A stretch of 63,512 nucleotides of DNA, counting the filler, from Octopus bimaculoides (Eukaryota), in assembly GCF_001194135.2 (NCBI RefSeq). It is 6 parts of 6 records of this genome, joined end to end, with 100 filler letters (N's around TTAATTAATTAA, not from the genome) between each part and the next. Parts side by side here need not be neighbours in the genome. Positions count along the whole stretch, not along the records: positions 1 to 26,876 come from NC_069004.1; positions 26,977 to 34,650 come from NC_069007.1; 4 more parts are not named here. One strand, 5' to 3'. A model generated the notes under the pieces. It did no database searches. It worked only from the letters and a program-made list of their open reading frames with translations, and was not told the DNA's origin. Made by a program: the position numbers and the translations under genes. Below, piece by piece: positions 13,627 to 27,581 of this stretch (its first letter is position 1; each line of letters begins with the position of its first letter).

Positions 13627-14587
13627 TTTTATCTACCTGTCTATTTCTCACCACCGTAATCGAAGAAACAAACAAAAAAAAACCACTCTCTCACACCACA
13701 CTGCAATCCAAACCAATTAGAAAGGCTTAAATATAGATCGACTCCATTCAACTAAATCGCTAGCATTGTTTCTGGAGACGTTAATTTCGTTGGCTTTTCC
13801 AATTAGTTCGCTGAAGCTTTCATTAAGAGGCACGGCTTGAAGTTTCACTTTTGGTCACTAGGAGTTGAGGGCCATAATTTCATTTTAAGCGAAAAGAAGG
13901 GAAGATCGGCGGAGCAGGGGGAGGGGGAGACTACGTCATGAAAGGAAGAAACGAAGGGAATATTTGTGTAGGGGGGAGGGGGGGGAGTGTGAGTGAATGA
14001 GAGAAGAGGAGGGGAGAGAAAGGGTGAGGAGATGAAATCTGAAAGATTTAAATGCAATGATTTATAGATCNNNNNNNNNNNNNNNNNNNNNNNNNNNNNN
14101 NNNNNNNNNNNNNNNNNNNNNNNNNNNNNNNNNNNNNNNNNNNNNNNNNNNNNNNNNNNNNNNNNNNNNNNNNNNNNNNNNNNNNNNNNNNNNNNNNNNN
14201 NNNNNNNNNNNNNNNNNNNNNNNNNNNNNNNNNNNNNNNNNNNNNNNNNNNNNNNNNNNNNNNNNNNNNNNNNNNNNNNNNNNNNNNNNNNNNNNNNNNN
14301 NNNNNNNNNNNNNNNNNNNNNNNNNNNNNNNNNNNNNNNNNNNNNNNNNNNNNNNNNNNNNNNNNNNNNNNNNNNNNNNNNNNNNNNNNNNNNNNNNNNN
14401 NNNNNNNNNNNNNNNNNNNNNNNNNNNNNNNNNNNNNNNNNNNNNNNNNNNNNNNNNNNNNNNNNNNNNNNNNNNNNNNNNNNNNNNNNNNNNNNNNNNN
14501 NNNNNNNNNNNNNNNNNNNNNNNNNNNNNNNNNNNNNNNNNNNNNNNNNNNNNNNNNNNNNNNNNNNNNNNNNNNTATATATATATG

Positions 14588-14619
<32 letters not shown>

Positions 14620-15189
14620 CATATATATACATATATATACATATATATATGCATATATTCATATTTACATGTATATACGTGTGTGGAGAGAGAGAAAGAG
14701 AAACTGTGAGATTAGTGCGAAGGTGAGAGAGGAGGGCGAGATGGTATGACGGGAACAAACAGGTATCTCTGACGAACGAAGTTTTCTAAACAATTGCCTT
14801 TAAACCGGTGATTTGTTAAGGGTCAGTGATGTAGCGACCCCTGCAAGTAAATGCTAGATTGGTTTAAGGCGTTTCATAAAGGAAACAATGGCCATAGCTT
14901 TGCCGATGTCAGTTCGACGAATGAATGTCGAAATTACGATCGAGCCAAATTGATTTTCTACCGGTCGCTTATGTCATTGATAACAATAATTAATTTTGGT
15001 GCAAGAATCAGCCATTACGTTATTTCTATCTCACATGGTGCAGTAAGTAATACAATCATTTGATGTATGCGAATTGATAGATGCATACATACACACTTGC
15101 GCATACATATATACACACATTTGTGTGTGCGTGTAAATACATATATGTATATATGTATATATGTGTATATATATATATATACACGTATT

Positions 15190-15224
<35 letters not shown>

Positions 15225-15364
15225 CTGGGTGTGTGTGAGTGTGTACATGTATGTATATATATATATATCCATGTATGTATGTATATATGTATGTATGTTT
15301 GTATACATGTATATATATATACATATATATATATGTATGTATGTATATATGTATGTTTGTATGC

Positions 15365-15443
<79 letters not shown>

Positions 15444-15746
15444 GTGTTCGTACCTGTAATCATTGGCTTATTGTATGGTGCGGTCGATGTTAACCAAATA
15501 TTTAAGCAGTAATCTCAAATTATCACAATGATATATGTGTGTATAAGTATGAATATATGTAGAGCGTATGTAAGTGTGTGTATGTATGTATGTATGTATG
15601 TATGTATAAGCTCTTAAGTATATACTGAGTGCGAGAGTGGCGATTATTTTCCTTGCAGCAGGATGCCCATTTGCCGATCAAAAGATCATGATTTCGATCC
15701 CGCCTTCTTCAGCTAACGAAGACACATACATATTTTTCGCATTCAG

Positions 15747-15819
15747 ATTATTTGTATCAGATCCGACATTTACAAGAAAAAAAGAATGATGATGTTCATA
15801 TTCGCAAATTTGATTACAG
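15747..15819 (+). CDS. Candidate 73-nt exon ([24 protein letters not shown])
   Basis: CTAAC branch-like site at 15713, acceptor TTTTTCGCATTCAG, donor CAG|GTATCA, open frame. Confidence 0.3.
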
Positions 15820-16000
15820 GTATCATTAATTATCGCATTAGAACTAAATATCTCCGTTTTGAAACAGAGAAAAATCTCATGCCAGTATCGGTGAGGAAGA
15901 GTTTTCTAACTGTACCAGAAAAAAAAATTGTATTCACACACACACGTACAGATATATACAAACATATGTATGTATATCTATCTATCTCTCTATCTATCTA

Positions 16001-16054
<54 letters not shown>

Positions 16055-16082
16055 TATACATAAATATACATACATATTATAT

Positions 16083-16125
<43 letters not shown>

Positions 16126-16290
16126 CGACAGGTTTCTTTCAGCTTCCGTCTACCAAGTCCACTCACAAGGCTTTGGTCGGCCCGAGGCTATAATAGAAGA
16201 CACCAACCCAAGGTGCCACGCAGTGGGACTGAAACCACACCATGTGGTTGGGAAGCAAGCTGCTTATTACACAGCCATGCCTGCGCCGTA
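16126..16290 (-). mobile_element. SINE family B, 5' half
   Basis: Reverse complement matches 34755-34925: GGCTGTGT..TAAG head, CCTTGGG, GCCTCGGGCCGACCAAAG. Confidence 0.85.
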
Positions 16291-16498
16291 TACTATATAT
16301 ATATGCAAGTGAGTGTGTATATACATACATACATACATACATACATACACATGTATGCCTTCATGTATGAATGTATGTATATATGTATGTATACATATAC
16401 GCATGTCTTTTCGAATTTGATCGTTTATTATTCATTTTTTAACAGAGACTCTACAAGTTGCATCGATTATCTTTCTTCTCGTCTGTATACCCAAAGGT

Positions 16499-16534
<36 letters not shown>

Positions 16535-17376
16535 NNNNNNNNNNNNNNNNNNNNNNNNNNNNNNNNNNNNNNNNNNNNNNNNNNNNNNNNNNNNNNNNNN
16601 NNNNNNNNNNNNNNNNNNNNNNNNNNNNNNNNNNNNNNNNNNNNNNNNNNNNNNNNNNNNNNNNNNNNNNNNNNNNNNNNNNNNNNNNNNNNNNNNNNNN
16701 NNNNNNNNNNNNNNNNNNNNNNNNNNNNNNNNNNNNNNNNNNNNNNNNNNNNNNNNNNNNNNNNNNNNNNNNNNNNNNNNNNNNNNNNNNNNNNNNNNNN
16801 NNNNNNNNNNNNNNNNNNNNNNNNNNNNNNNNNNNNNNNNNNNNNNNNNNNNNNNNNNNNNNNNNNNNNNNNNNNNNNNNNNNNNNNNNNNNNNNNNNNN
16901 NNNNNNNNNNNNNNNNNNNNNNNNNNNNNNNNNNNNNNNNNNNNNNNNNNNNNNNNNNNNNNNNNNNNNNNNNNNNNNNNNNNNNNNNNNNNNNNGGTGG
17001 CGGTTTCCTCTTTTCATTTCTATAGAATTGGTTGCAAAAACAGAACCGAAATGTTTACAGAATGAAAATCTGGAAAGCGGAAAATTTGATTTGGCGAAAA
17101 ATGCGTGAGTAAATACAATGGTGTAGAGCTATGTGTGTGTGTGTGTGTGTGTGCGTATGTGTGTGTGTGTGTTGATGTTTCTTGTGTTCTGTATGTGTAT
17201 ATATGTGTGTAGATGTGTATGTATATATGTGTGTGTAGATGTGTATGTATATATACATATGTGTCCGTGTGTTTATTGGTGTATGTTTCTGCGTATGTGA
17301 TCGTATGTATGTGTGTGTGTACATACGGTTGCCTGTTTGTATGTGGTATGTGTATGTGTGTGTGTTTGTGAATAAG

Positions 17377-17411
<35 letters not shown>

Positions 17412-17813
17412 TTCTATGTGTGAATATGTAAATCGTAATAAGCGCAATTTTCGTATTTTTATCTGTTTATGAGTGTGTGTGTATGTATTTGTTTGTGTAT
17501 GTGTCTTTGTGTATATATGTATGTGCGTGTGTGTGTTTATGTGTATGTATGGCTGAGGTCGATGTATCTGAGTGTGTATATATATTTTATATTGTGTGCA
17601 TCCATGTACATGCTTGTATGTGTGTGTGTGTATGAGTGAATGTGCTTTGATGCATAAATACGTGTGTGTGAGTGTGTTTGTGTGTGTGAGTGTGTTTGTG
17701 TGTGTAGGTATATGTTTCATTGTATGTACATATGTGTGTATGTGCGTATGTATATGTGTGAATCTTGTTCTTTGTGCTTGGATTTGTCTAAACCCAAACG
17801 CTACCTCAGTGAG

Positions 17814-17848
<35 letters not shown>

Positions 17849-17876
17849 ACATATTTGCTTGATTCATGGTGTGTAT

Positions 17877-17976
17877 GGGTGTATACATGTATATGGGTGT
17901 ATACATGTATATGGGTGTATACATGTATATGGGTGTATACATGTATATGGGTGTATACATGTATATGGGTGTATAC
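17877..17976. repeat. 18-bp minisatellite GGGTGTATACATGTATAT, about 5.5 units
   Basis: Direct inspection. Confidence 0.9.
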
Positions 17977-18763
17977 GTGTGATTTTGTGAGTATATGTGT
18001 ACATGTGTGTATAATACTGAGTGTAAATTTATATCCATATATGTGTGTTTGTGTTGTTATCGTTTAACCTCAGGCCAGACATGATTGAGCAGACTTAGGA
18101 TCAGAGACGTTCCAACCATGTCCATCATATCGTTTATTATACCTAGGAATACTTTGTCCAAAGTATACTTACTTTCTTAAGACAGAGAACCGTATTCTGT
18201 GGCGATTTGGCTGTTATTTCTAGGAAATGTTTGTGTTTTTGGTGTGTATTTATATGACATTCGTTTGTGTATATGCATATATGCATGTATGTGTGTATGT
18301 ATGTATGTATGTATATAGATATATGCATATATATATATATNNNNNNNNNNNNNNNNNNNNNNNNNNNNNNNNNNNNNNNNNNNNNNNNNNNNNNNNNNNN
18401 NNNNNNNNNNNNNNNNNNNNNNNNNNNNNNNNNNNNNNNNNNNNNNNNNNNNNNNNNNGTGTATGTACGTGAATTATGTATGCGTCTGTGTGTATGTGTG
18501 TTCTGATGCATATGTGTCGCTTACAGTGTGTATATTATGTTTATGTATCGAAACATTAACACCCGAGTAAACACGCTGGAAAACAAACAGAAAAAAGAAA
18601 TAAATTAAAATAAAAGATCAATCGATCTTTGATAAAATCAATAACAAAAAGATACATCATAAATCAATATCGAAAAGATACAAATACGAAAAAAAAAAAA
18701 GAAAAACCAGGGAAACAGCAAAAATAGAAATAAAAGGAAAGAAATTAAAATGTTGTCCCCGGA

Positions 18764-18990
18764 ATGAAAGAACGCCTAAAACAAGAGATTCTCGTTAAAT
18801 CTCAAAAAATTCGTCGTCAGGATCAGAAGCAACGATTCTTTGAAGAAAACAAACTGTTTGACATTAACGCAAAACTATTTTTACAAGAATTAGGTAAAAA
18901 AAAAAAGGAAAAAAATGAGATAACAATCGTTGCAGCACCAACAGCAAAAGTAGAATTTTGTGGCGTAGAGTGTGCGGGGTTGAAGAATAT
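18764..18990 (+). mobile_element. R4/Dong-like non-LTR retrotransposon fragment (N-terminal region)
   Basis: ERLKQEILVKSQKIRRQDQKQRFFEENKLFDINAKLF resembles the LKQ...RIRRY...QNxLFxxNxKxFY region upstream of the RT. Confidence 0.6.
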
Positions 18991-19549
18991 GGACCAACGA
19001 ATGAATTTCGAAGAACGAGATTAGTCAGAACAACAAACGCAGCGCCTGAATAACTGAGAGGCCATATTGACTCAAAATGTAACCAAAGCAATAAAAAGAA
19101 AGAAAATCTGGGACATCATGAAATTATAGCTTATAGATTCCTCCCCCCTGTTCAAGCCCACCCCTCAATATGTTGTATTGCCCGCATTGCTCGTATTTTG
19201 GGTTCAGCACCGAAAAATTTGAAGGACTTATTGAATTTAGTTCTAACCGTTCTTACATGGCACAATCTCAGCTCTGATTCAGCAATTCTTTATTTCTGCC
19301 TCATCAGCAGACATTTTCTTTTAGTAGAGGAGTTTTTGGAGAACATCGTTTCACGTTTCAAGAATTCTTTACCAGATTATGTTGTAAAAGTGTTATTTCT
19401 CGTTAATAAATCAAAAACTCTCCCATTTTTATCCAAATATCTTAATTCAACATAATCGCTTCCACATGTTATTTCGTTACTTTTCCAGTTACACCCTGTA
19501 TTTACACGTTTTAATGTCGTCTCTGAACATTCAATTTGATTATTCAATT

Positions 19550-19552
<3 letters not shown>

Positions 19553-19622
<70 letters not shown>

Positions 19623-19650
19623 CTACTGAACAATAATAATAATAATAATA
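19553..19650. repeat. (TAA)n microsatellite, interrupted
   Basis: Direct inspection. Confidence 0.95.
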
Positions 19651-19651
19651 T

Positions 19652-19780
19652 AACTGGAAGCTAAAAGAATTATCAAGACTAGACAGAAGACCAGTAAACT
19701 TAATGATTCTATTCGGAATAAACCTCAGACAATCTGACATAGAAAGATTATATTTGCCAGGAATGCAGGCTGTTCAAGGG
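19652..19780 (+). mobile_element. R4/Dong-like RT thumb-region fragment directly after (TAA)n
   Basis: NWKLKELSRLDRRPVNLMILFGINLRQSDIERLYLPG resembles ELxxLDRKTRKxMT...SDxDRLYLPR. Confidence 0.7.
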
Positions 19781-20246
19781 TTTTCTGTAACTGGGGCCCA
19801 ATTTTAAAATGTCCGCCGTAAGACTCCAAAAACGCAGAGCAAGCAGCAACGAAGAACGAATACAAATACCGACTAAGATACTACTACTACTATGAACACA
19901 ACAACACCGCTACTACTACTACTCCTACTACTATCAAATAGTATACATTGGATTCTAATAAAACAGTAATAAAACTTCGATAGAGAGAAAACTAAAAATT
20001 CTGTAGACAGAATCGACAAAGACATTTAAATTGCATTTGGTGTGTTTCGTTGGAGCAATCGGTAGAGCACCGGAGGATAAATTGTGGTTATTGGTGAAAT
20101 CCGGCCGTCGTAAACGTTAGTTTTCATCTTATCGAGGTCAATAAAATAAAGTAGTCGAGTTGTAGGTATCGAATCCAACGCACTCACCGCTCTATATCTA
20201 TCGATCTATCTATCGATCGATCGATCTATCTAGTTGAAATTTATAG

Positions 20247-20390
20247 AAAAACAAAAGATGAAGACAGGTGTATGAACAACAAGCAAGTGTATTAGTTTGA
20301 CGCTTGGGAAAAAATAAAAAAAAGTATTTTATGTTTCGAGCCTACGCTCTTTAACAGAAAGGAATAAGAGTAAATAAACAGACGTATCTG
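20247..20390 (-). mobile_element. Second copy of the repeat at 20-210
   Basis: Reverse complement contains CCTTTCTGTTAAAGAGCGTAGGCTCGAAACATAAAATAC and CCCAAGCGTCAAACTAATA. Confidence 0.65.
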
Positions 20391-20729
20391 TATATATATA
20401 TATATATATATATATTGTATATATTTCGCTTGAGCATTGTGAGACTAATGATCTGGTGTAGAACTCAATATTCATGTTTCAGAACGAAGTGTTAGTTGAA
20501 TAGAGAGCGGTAATAAGAAAATAAGATGACAAAGGAATAACTGATTGTCTTATGAACTTCATTGGCTTACGGCTGTTTCTGCTACAAGATGCAGTGGACT
20601 CATAGCTGAGTGCTTGAGTGACACCTTATTGCTTCATTGAAGCAGGTTATAAGGTCTTACTCAGGCACTCAGCTATGAGTCCACTGCATCTTATTTCAGA
20701 AACAGTTCTGTGTGTGTGTATTTGTGTGT

Positions 20730-20830
20730 TGAGGTGTTGTAGTTTAGTGGTTAAGATGTTGGACTCATGATCGTAAGGTTGTGGTTTCGGTTCCCGGACC
20801 GGAAGATGCGTTGTGTTCTTGAGCAAAACT
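20730..20830 (+). mobile_element. SINE family C head
   Basis: TTAGTGGTTAAGATGTTGGACTCATGATCGTAAGGTTGTGGTTTCGGTTCCC followed by GTTGTGTTCTTGAGCAA. Confidence 0.75.
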
Positions 20831-20997
20831 CTTCTTTTCGTTCCGTCCGGGGGTGGGGGATAAATACGTCACAGGGTCCGAGAAAGAAGCCTTATGAGCC
20901 TAGGGATCATTAGGGACACTTGATCCTTTCATATCTACCTATCTACCTATCTATAAATATGTGTATGTATGTGTATGTGTGTGTCTGTGTGTCTGTG

Positions 20998-21028
<31 letters not shown>

Positions 21029-22329
21029 ATGTATGTATGCATGTATGTATGTGTATGTATGTGTGTCTGTGTGTCTATATGTATGTATGCATGTATGTAT
21101 GTATGTATGTATCGGTCTCAGAATCGGCTGCGCCATGATGACATAGGGATTGATTCCTAATGTCCGTTTTCTTCCAGACGACCACTTCTTCTCCATCGCT
21201 TTGGTCGCCAACGATCTGGAGGATTAGGATTCGGATAAAGTAAACCATTAGACAAACTACGAATTATATGAAGAATTATGTGGAAATAGTGGCGTCGATG
21301 ATGATGGTGNNNNNNNNNNNNNNNNNNNNNNNNNNNNNNNNNNNNNNNNNNNNNNNNNNNNNNNNNNNNNNNNNNNNNNNNNNNNNNNNNNNNNNNNNNN
21401 NNNNNNNNNNNNNNNNNNNNNNNNNNNNNNNNNNNNNNNNNNNNNNNNNNNNNNNNNNNNNNNNNNNNNNNNNNNNNNNNNNNNNNNNNNNNNNNNNNNN
21501 NNNNNNNNNNNNNNNNNNNNNNNNNNNNNNNNNNNNNNNNNNNNNNNNNNNNNNNNNNNNNNNNNNNNNNNNNNNNNNNNNNNNNNNNNNNNNNNNNNNN
21601 NNNNNNNNNNNNNNNNNNNNNNNNNNNNNNNNNNNNNNNNNNNNNNNNNNNNNNNNNNNNNNNNNNNNNNNNNNNNNNNNNNNNNNNNNNNNNNNNNNNT
21701 AGTCAAAATGTACTATTAAGGTACATGTGTGTGTGTATGTGTGTGTGTGTGTGTGTATGTATATGTTTATATATACATGTATATATATGTATATATATGT
21801 GTGTGTGTGTGTATATGTATATATATACATATACACACAAACGTAGATGTGTATATGCATATATATGTATATATTTATACATATACATACACAGGCATAC
21901 ACGCACATGACCATATACACATACATATACATAAAGGCATAAGCATACATACAAGCATATGCATATATGAATACACATACATACATACATACTTACACAC
22001 ACATACATACATACATACATACACACATACACACATACATACACACATACATACACACATACACACATAAATACATACGTACGTACGTACGTACGTACGT
22101 ACGTACATACATACATGTGCTTGCGTCGGTGTTTCGGTGGGGCCATTTCTCTCCCAGCGTTGTTCTACTCTTCTCTCTAATGTCTCCTTAAATTTCGGAT
22201 TTCACTTTCCTACATTACTTTCTCTACAAGAAATGTTAGAGAACAGACTACACATACACACACATACACACTCACACCCGTACCCTCTCACACACATACA
22301 TACACATTGCTATATGTAGATATTGATAG

Positions 22330-22369
<40 letters not shown>

Positions 22370-23295
22370 ATGTATGCCCAGGAACGTATGTATATACGTG
22401 TGTATGTACGTGTGTATGCATATGTGCATACATGCATACATACATGCATACAAACATGTATATGTGCAAGCTGAGAGGATGAGAGATTCCAATTTATCAA
22501 TCTATTTCAAATAGTACAATTGCTGCTGCTGATGNNNNNNNNNNNNNNNNNNNNNNNNNNNNNNNNNNNNNNNNNNNNNNNNNNNNNNNNNNNNNNNNNN
22601 NNNNNNNNNNNNNNNNNNNNNNNNNNNNNNNNNNNNNNNNNNNNNNNNNNNNNNNNNNNNNNNNNNNNNNNNNNNNNNNNNNNNNNNNNNNNNNNNNNNN
22701 NNNNNNNNNNNNNNNNNNNNNNNNNNNNNNNNNNNNNNNNNNNNNNNNNNNNNNNNNNNNNNNNNNNNNNNNNNNNNNNNNNNNNNNNNNNNNNNNNNNN
22801 NNNNNNNNNNNNNNNNNNNNNNNNNNNNNNNNNNNNNNNNNNNNNNNNNNNNNNNNNNNNNNNNNNNNNNNNNNNNNNNNNNNNNNNNNNNNNNNNNNNN
22901 NNNNNNNNNNNNNNNNNNNNNNNNNNNNNNNNNNNNNNNNNNNNNNNNNNNNNNNNNNNNNNNNNNNNNNNNNNNNNNNNNNNNNNNNNNNNNNNNNNNN
23001 NNNNNNNNNNNNNNNNNNNNNNNNNNNNNNNNNNNNNNNNNNNNNNNNNNNNNNNNNNNNNNNNNNNNNNNNNNNNNNNNNNNNNNNNNNNNNNNNNNNN
23101 NNNNNNNNNNNNNNNNNNNNNNNNNNNNNNNNNNNNNNNNNNNNNNNNNNNNNNNNNNNNNNNNNNNNNNNNNNNNNNNNNNNNNNNNNNNNNNNNNNNN
23201 NNNNNNNNNNNNNNNNNNNNNNNNNNNNNNNNNNNNNNNNNNNNNNNNNNNNNNNNNNNNNNNNNNNNNNNNNNNNNNNNNNNNNNNNNNNNNNN

Positions 23296-23431
23296 TAATA
23301 AACACACGCACTGGTTCAGTCCTTTATTAATTTATATAGTTTTTTGTTAAATTATTTCATTGCACTCTTGCAAAATTTAACAAAAAACTATATAAATTAA
23401 TAAAGGACTGAACCAGTGCGTGTGTTTATTA
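23296..23431. repeat. Perfect inverted repeat: 58-bp arms, 20-nt spacer
   Basis: 23296-23353 is the exact reverse complement of 23374-23431. Confidence 0.95.
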
Positions 23432-23552
23432 CCGGCATAATGCCTCTCCCAAGGTTTAATTGTATATATATATATATATATATATAAATATATTTATTTA
23501 TTTATTTATTTATTTATACACACTTTTGATATGCATGCATACATATTGCTAA

Positions 23553-23610
<58 letters not shown>

Positions 23611-23657
23611 GGATGATGATGATGATGATGCTGATGATGATGATGATGATGATGATG
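23553..23657. repeat. (GAT)n microsatellite
   Basis: Direct inspection; it explains the poly-D and poly-H ORFs. Confidence 0.95.
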
Positions 23658-24078
23658 CTCATTACATGATGTTATTAAAAAGTGACTTTGCCAAACCAAA
23701 GGATGATGGAACAAAGACACAGAAAGCTTAATGACCTTCTGATGACGCACCTAACAGGTATTTGACTTCAATGAAGTGGGTCAGGACTAAGCCTGAAACC
23801 ACGTGTATCAATGATATAATAAGGGTCAGTCGGTCATTCTGTGTTAAGAGCCACTTATGTTACAAGAGAAGCACCGAGTAAGCCTCCACACAGCAAAGGA
23901 ACGACTCAAGAGGCGACACAACACGACCTCAAAGCGAGGGAAAAAGGATTAAATATAAACATCAAAAATATGTAAAGAAAGAAAAATGGTCTTGTGTATG
24001 AGTGTGTGTGTCTCTGTGAAAGGGAGAGAGTGAGAGAGTGAGTGTGTGTGTGTGTGTGTGTGTACTTACAAACATACA

Positions 24079-24184
<106 letters not shown>

Positions 24185-24889
24185 CATACACACATACAAT
24201 ACATACATAGAGACATGCATGCATGCATACCTACATACATACATACATACACACATACATACATACATAGAGACATGCATGCATGCATACATACATACAT
24301 ACATACATACATACATACATACATACATACATACATACATACATACATACATACGTAGAAGACACCCAACACGATTTTTAAAATGTCCTTGCGACCTCCT
24401 GGGTTATAAAGGGCTAAAAATAAAACAGAACGAAGACTTTTGAGTATCTAAGTGGTGTTTATCTCAATAAACGCGGCCAGAACAAAGCTGACGCCATATA
24501 TCAGTAATATTTTGGCATTCAGTCCCGTTCGGCAGCCATATTGTCTGCTATAAAATTCCTTGCACAATTCTCCGACCATTTACGCTTCCAGGAATACAAT
24601 TGTGGTATCGGACGATATTGGTTGAAATCTAGAAAGTTCGTTTAAATAACCTGTCAAAAGAGCTCGTAATCTCGTACAGACGATAATTGCTGTGAGACGT
24701 ACGTTTTTCTATTGGATATAGCTCTCCCATTATGTCTTGTTTTATGCAGCGATTTTTAGATATTTGTTGTTTTACAACAACAAAGACTACGACCACGACC
24801 ACGACATGAACAACAACAATAACTTTTACAAGTATTCTCTATCGACATCAACAATGGAAATATTAATCAAAAACGGGAACCGAAACTGC

Positions 24890-24930
<41 letters not shown>

Positions 24931-25204
24931 CCCACCACCACCACCACCGCCGCCGCCGCCACCGCCGCCGCTACCATTGCTAACACTTAAACAACGAAGA
25001 CCACAACGACGGCTACAACAACCACAACAGCAATAGTAACTACAGCAACTTTAATAACAAACGTTATATATATTCAATGAGGAGGAGGAGGTGGAGGAGG
25101 AGAACAAAAGTGATGATGGCGATGATGGTGGTGGCGGCGGTGGTTTGTGTGGTGGCGATGGTATCGATGGCGACCATGAATATGTCAGTAATGATGGCGA
25201 AAGT

Positions 25205-25320
25205 GGTGATTGATACTGAAAGCATTGAACTGACTCCAGTGCTTGACTGGTACTTATTTTATCGACCCCCGGAAAGATCAAAGGAACTGTCGACCCCGGT
25301 GGCATTTGAACGTATTTATG
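25205..25320 (-). mobile_element. SINE family A fragment
   Basis: Reverse complement GTTCAAATGCCACCGGGGTCGAC...GTCGATAAAATAAGTACCAGTC. Confidence 0.8.
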
Positions 25321-26822
25321 TCTGACAGGAATGCACAAAAAGCTGGCGGGTCAAGGTCGATGGTGGACATTGTCGAGTGTCATTGAAACGATGGCTCTGT
25401 TAAAATGTTTGGGTTCTGATTCGGTCCAGACCCCAGATAAATAAGCGACTGGGATGATACTTGAGACATGATGGTCACCCGGAAGTGGACAGAGAGAAAA
25501 ACATCCTTGAAAGGTTGGATAAAGGGACAAACACATCCTCCACCTTTGTCCTTTATTAATGTTTGATCGTCAAATATTGATTCAGTTTCCATTCGACCAC
25601 AAGGAATGTCTGTACTCTTACAATAACCGTAGAGTTCTAGGATGCGCTACTATCACCGAGGCGTCTCATTTTATTTCTTTATGATATTATTTTCAATTTA
25701 TATTTATTTTTATTGCTTTTATGGCATGATTTGTTTTTTGTATTTTGGGGGGGTTTTTTGTGTGGGTGGAAATCGATCCTATACAATCAGCCCAACTCTC
25801 TCTTCAATTTTATAATTTACCCTCATCGTGTGTCACGAGTAAAGCAAATAAAAGAAATTATTATTAATAATAATTTAATTTTTCCTTTATTTTTATTTTG
25901 TGTTGCTTATCCTTTAATAAATTATTTTTTTCAATATTCTAATGTCCAACAAAACAACAAAATAATCAAATGTGCTGTTCAATACTTGGAATCGATAATA
26001 TTCCCCAAACTAGAGCTTTATTTTATCGACCCAGAAGGATGGAAAATAAAGTTGACTTTGGCGTGATTTAAACTCATATCGTAAGAGCAAACACTCTTCT
26101 CAAACCGCTTCTCAAACCGCTTCTCAAACGTCTCTACCAATTCGAAAGGATACGAAAAAAGGTGGGGAGGGAAAACATAGAAATGACATAATTAAATACC
26201 AGTCACATACTGGGGGAAAAAATTAATTGCACTGTTTGTCCATGTGAGATTTTTTTATTGTCATTATTCATTTTTGTGTTGAGCTTGTCTGTTTTTTATG
26301 AATTCTATTCAGAGATTCTTGTTTTTAAAATAACAATAACCACAATAATCGCAATAATAATAAAGTTCATGATGATGATGATGATGATGATGATGAAAAA
26401 TAAATGTCTATGAAACGCAACGGTTTTGAACGTTTTTGACCTCGGTTGATCGAAACTGTTCAATAAAATATAATCCCGAAAGATTAAAATCCTCTTTAAT
26501 CAGCGCTGATTCTTCACTTCATTTAAATTCACTCGAATTATCACTTCATAAAAATTAATTTTTATTCCCTCATTAATATTCATAACAAATTTGCCTTTTT
26601 CTTCAGTTTTTTTTCTTTTTGCTTTTTTTCTTTCTGTATTTTTTTTTTTACTTTATTGTTTTCTTGTTTTTGTTTTGTTGATGTTTGTTTAAAATTTATT
26701 TGTTTTATAGTGGTGTCGTCTGCAAATGGAAGGTTAATGTCAGCAAAATTATTATTTGATCTGATTACAACTTCTAATCGCTCTCTCTTTCTATTTATCT
26801 CCCTATCATTCTCTCTTTCTCT

Positions 26823-26876
<54 letters not shown>

Positions 26877-26920
26877 NNNNNNNNNNNNNNNNNNNNNNNN
26901 NNNNNNNNNNNNNNNNNNNN

Positions 26921-26932
26921 TTAATTAATTAA
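26921..26932. other. Artificial scaffold-join spacer N44-TTAATTAATTAA-N44 (also 34695-34706, 44879-44890, 57384-57395, 59758-59769)
   Basis: The same six-frame-stop 12-mer occurs five times, each embedded in Ns; the first is 44+12+44 = 100 bp. Confidence 0.95.
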
Positions 26933-26976
26933 NNNNNNNNNNNNNNNNNNNNNNNNNNNNNNNNNNNNNNNNNNNN

Positions 26977-26994
<18 letters not shown>

Positions 26995-27011
<17 letters not shown>

Positions 27012-27135
27012 TTGTGTGTCTGTGTTTGTCCCCCCAACATCGCTTGACAACCGATGTTGGTGTGTTTACGTCCCCGTAACTTAGCGGTTCGGCAAAAGGT
27101 ACCGATAGAATCAGTACAAGGCTTACAAAAAATAA
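26995..27135 (+). mobile_element. SINE family B, 3' half
   Basis: GTCCCCCCAACATCGCTTGACAACCGATGTTGGTGTGTTTACGTCCCCGTAACTTAGCGGTTCGGCAAAA; matches 34950-35040. Confidence 0.85.
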
Positions 27136-27462
27136 GCCCTATATATATATATAGTAACTTGTCTCTTTTGTAAGCATCAATATCTAACAACTGGCCATTT
27201 CACACGTATATACTTGTATAAAGAATAAAGCATTTCATCGAAGAATATTGATGTTTATTACTCAGAGTAGCCTCTTTGAACATTTGGAAGAAACTTATAA
27301 GTGAGACGAAGAATAGAAGGTAGTTCTGTTACCGTTTGGGTTAATCGTATCTTCAAGTTTAAGGATCCGACAAATTTTTGTAAGTACACAGTATTGTAGT
27401 CAAATTTTACTATTTTCTGCCGAAAGAGAAAGTGTAAGATATTTATAAATTCTGGTGTACAG

Positions 27463-27581
27463 GATTGATCTATATCAGCGTAATGTAATAAAGTGTGGCT
27501 CTGTAGAACTGATGTGCATATGCAGCCATTTGCAATATGAACACCCGCTGCAGAGAATGCATTTAACGAAACTTGCGAAAC
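27463..27581 (+). CDS. Candidate 119-nt exon (IDLYQRNVIKCGSVELMCICSHLQYEHPLQRMHLTKLAK)
   Basis: TACAG acceptor, 39 open codons, consensus donor GTGAGT. Entry phase is compatible with the 15747-15819 candidate. Confidence 0.35.

Noticed and set aside
13915-13995. G-rich tract with G-quadruplex potential
   Set aside because: Part of low-complexity purine-rich sequence beside a gap; no functional context.
19285-19315. Minus-strand CTGATGAGGCAGAAAT
   Set aside because: Core words are present but helices I and III do not pair.
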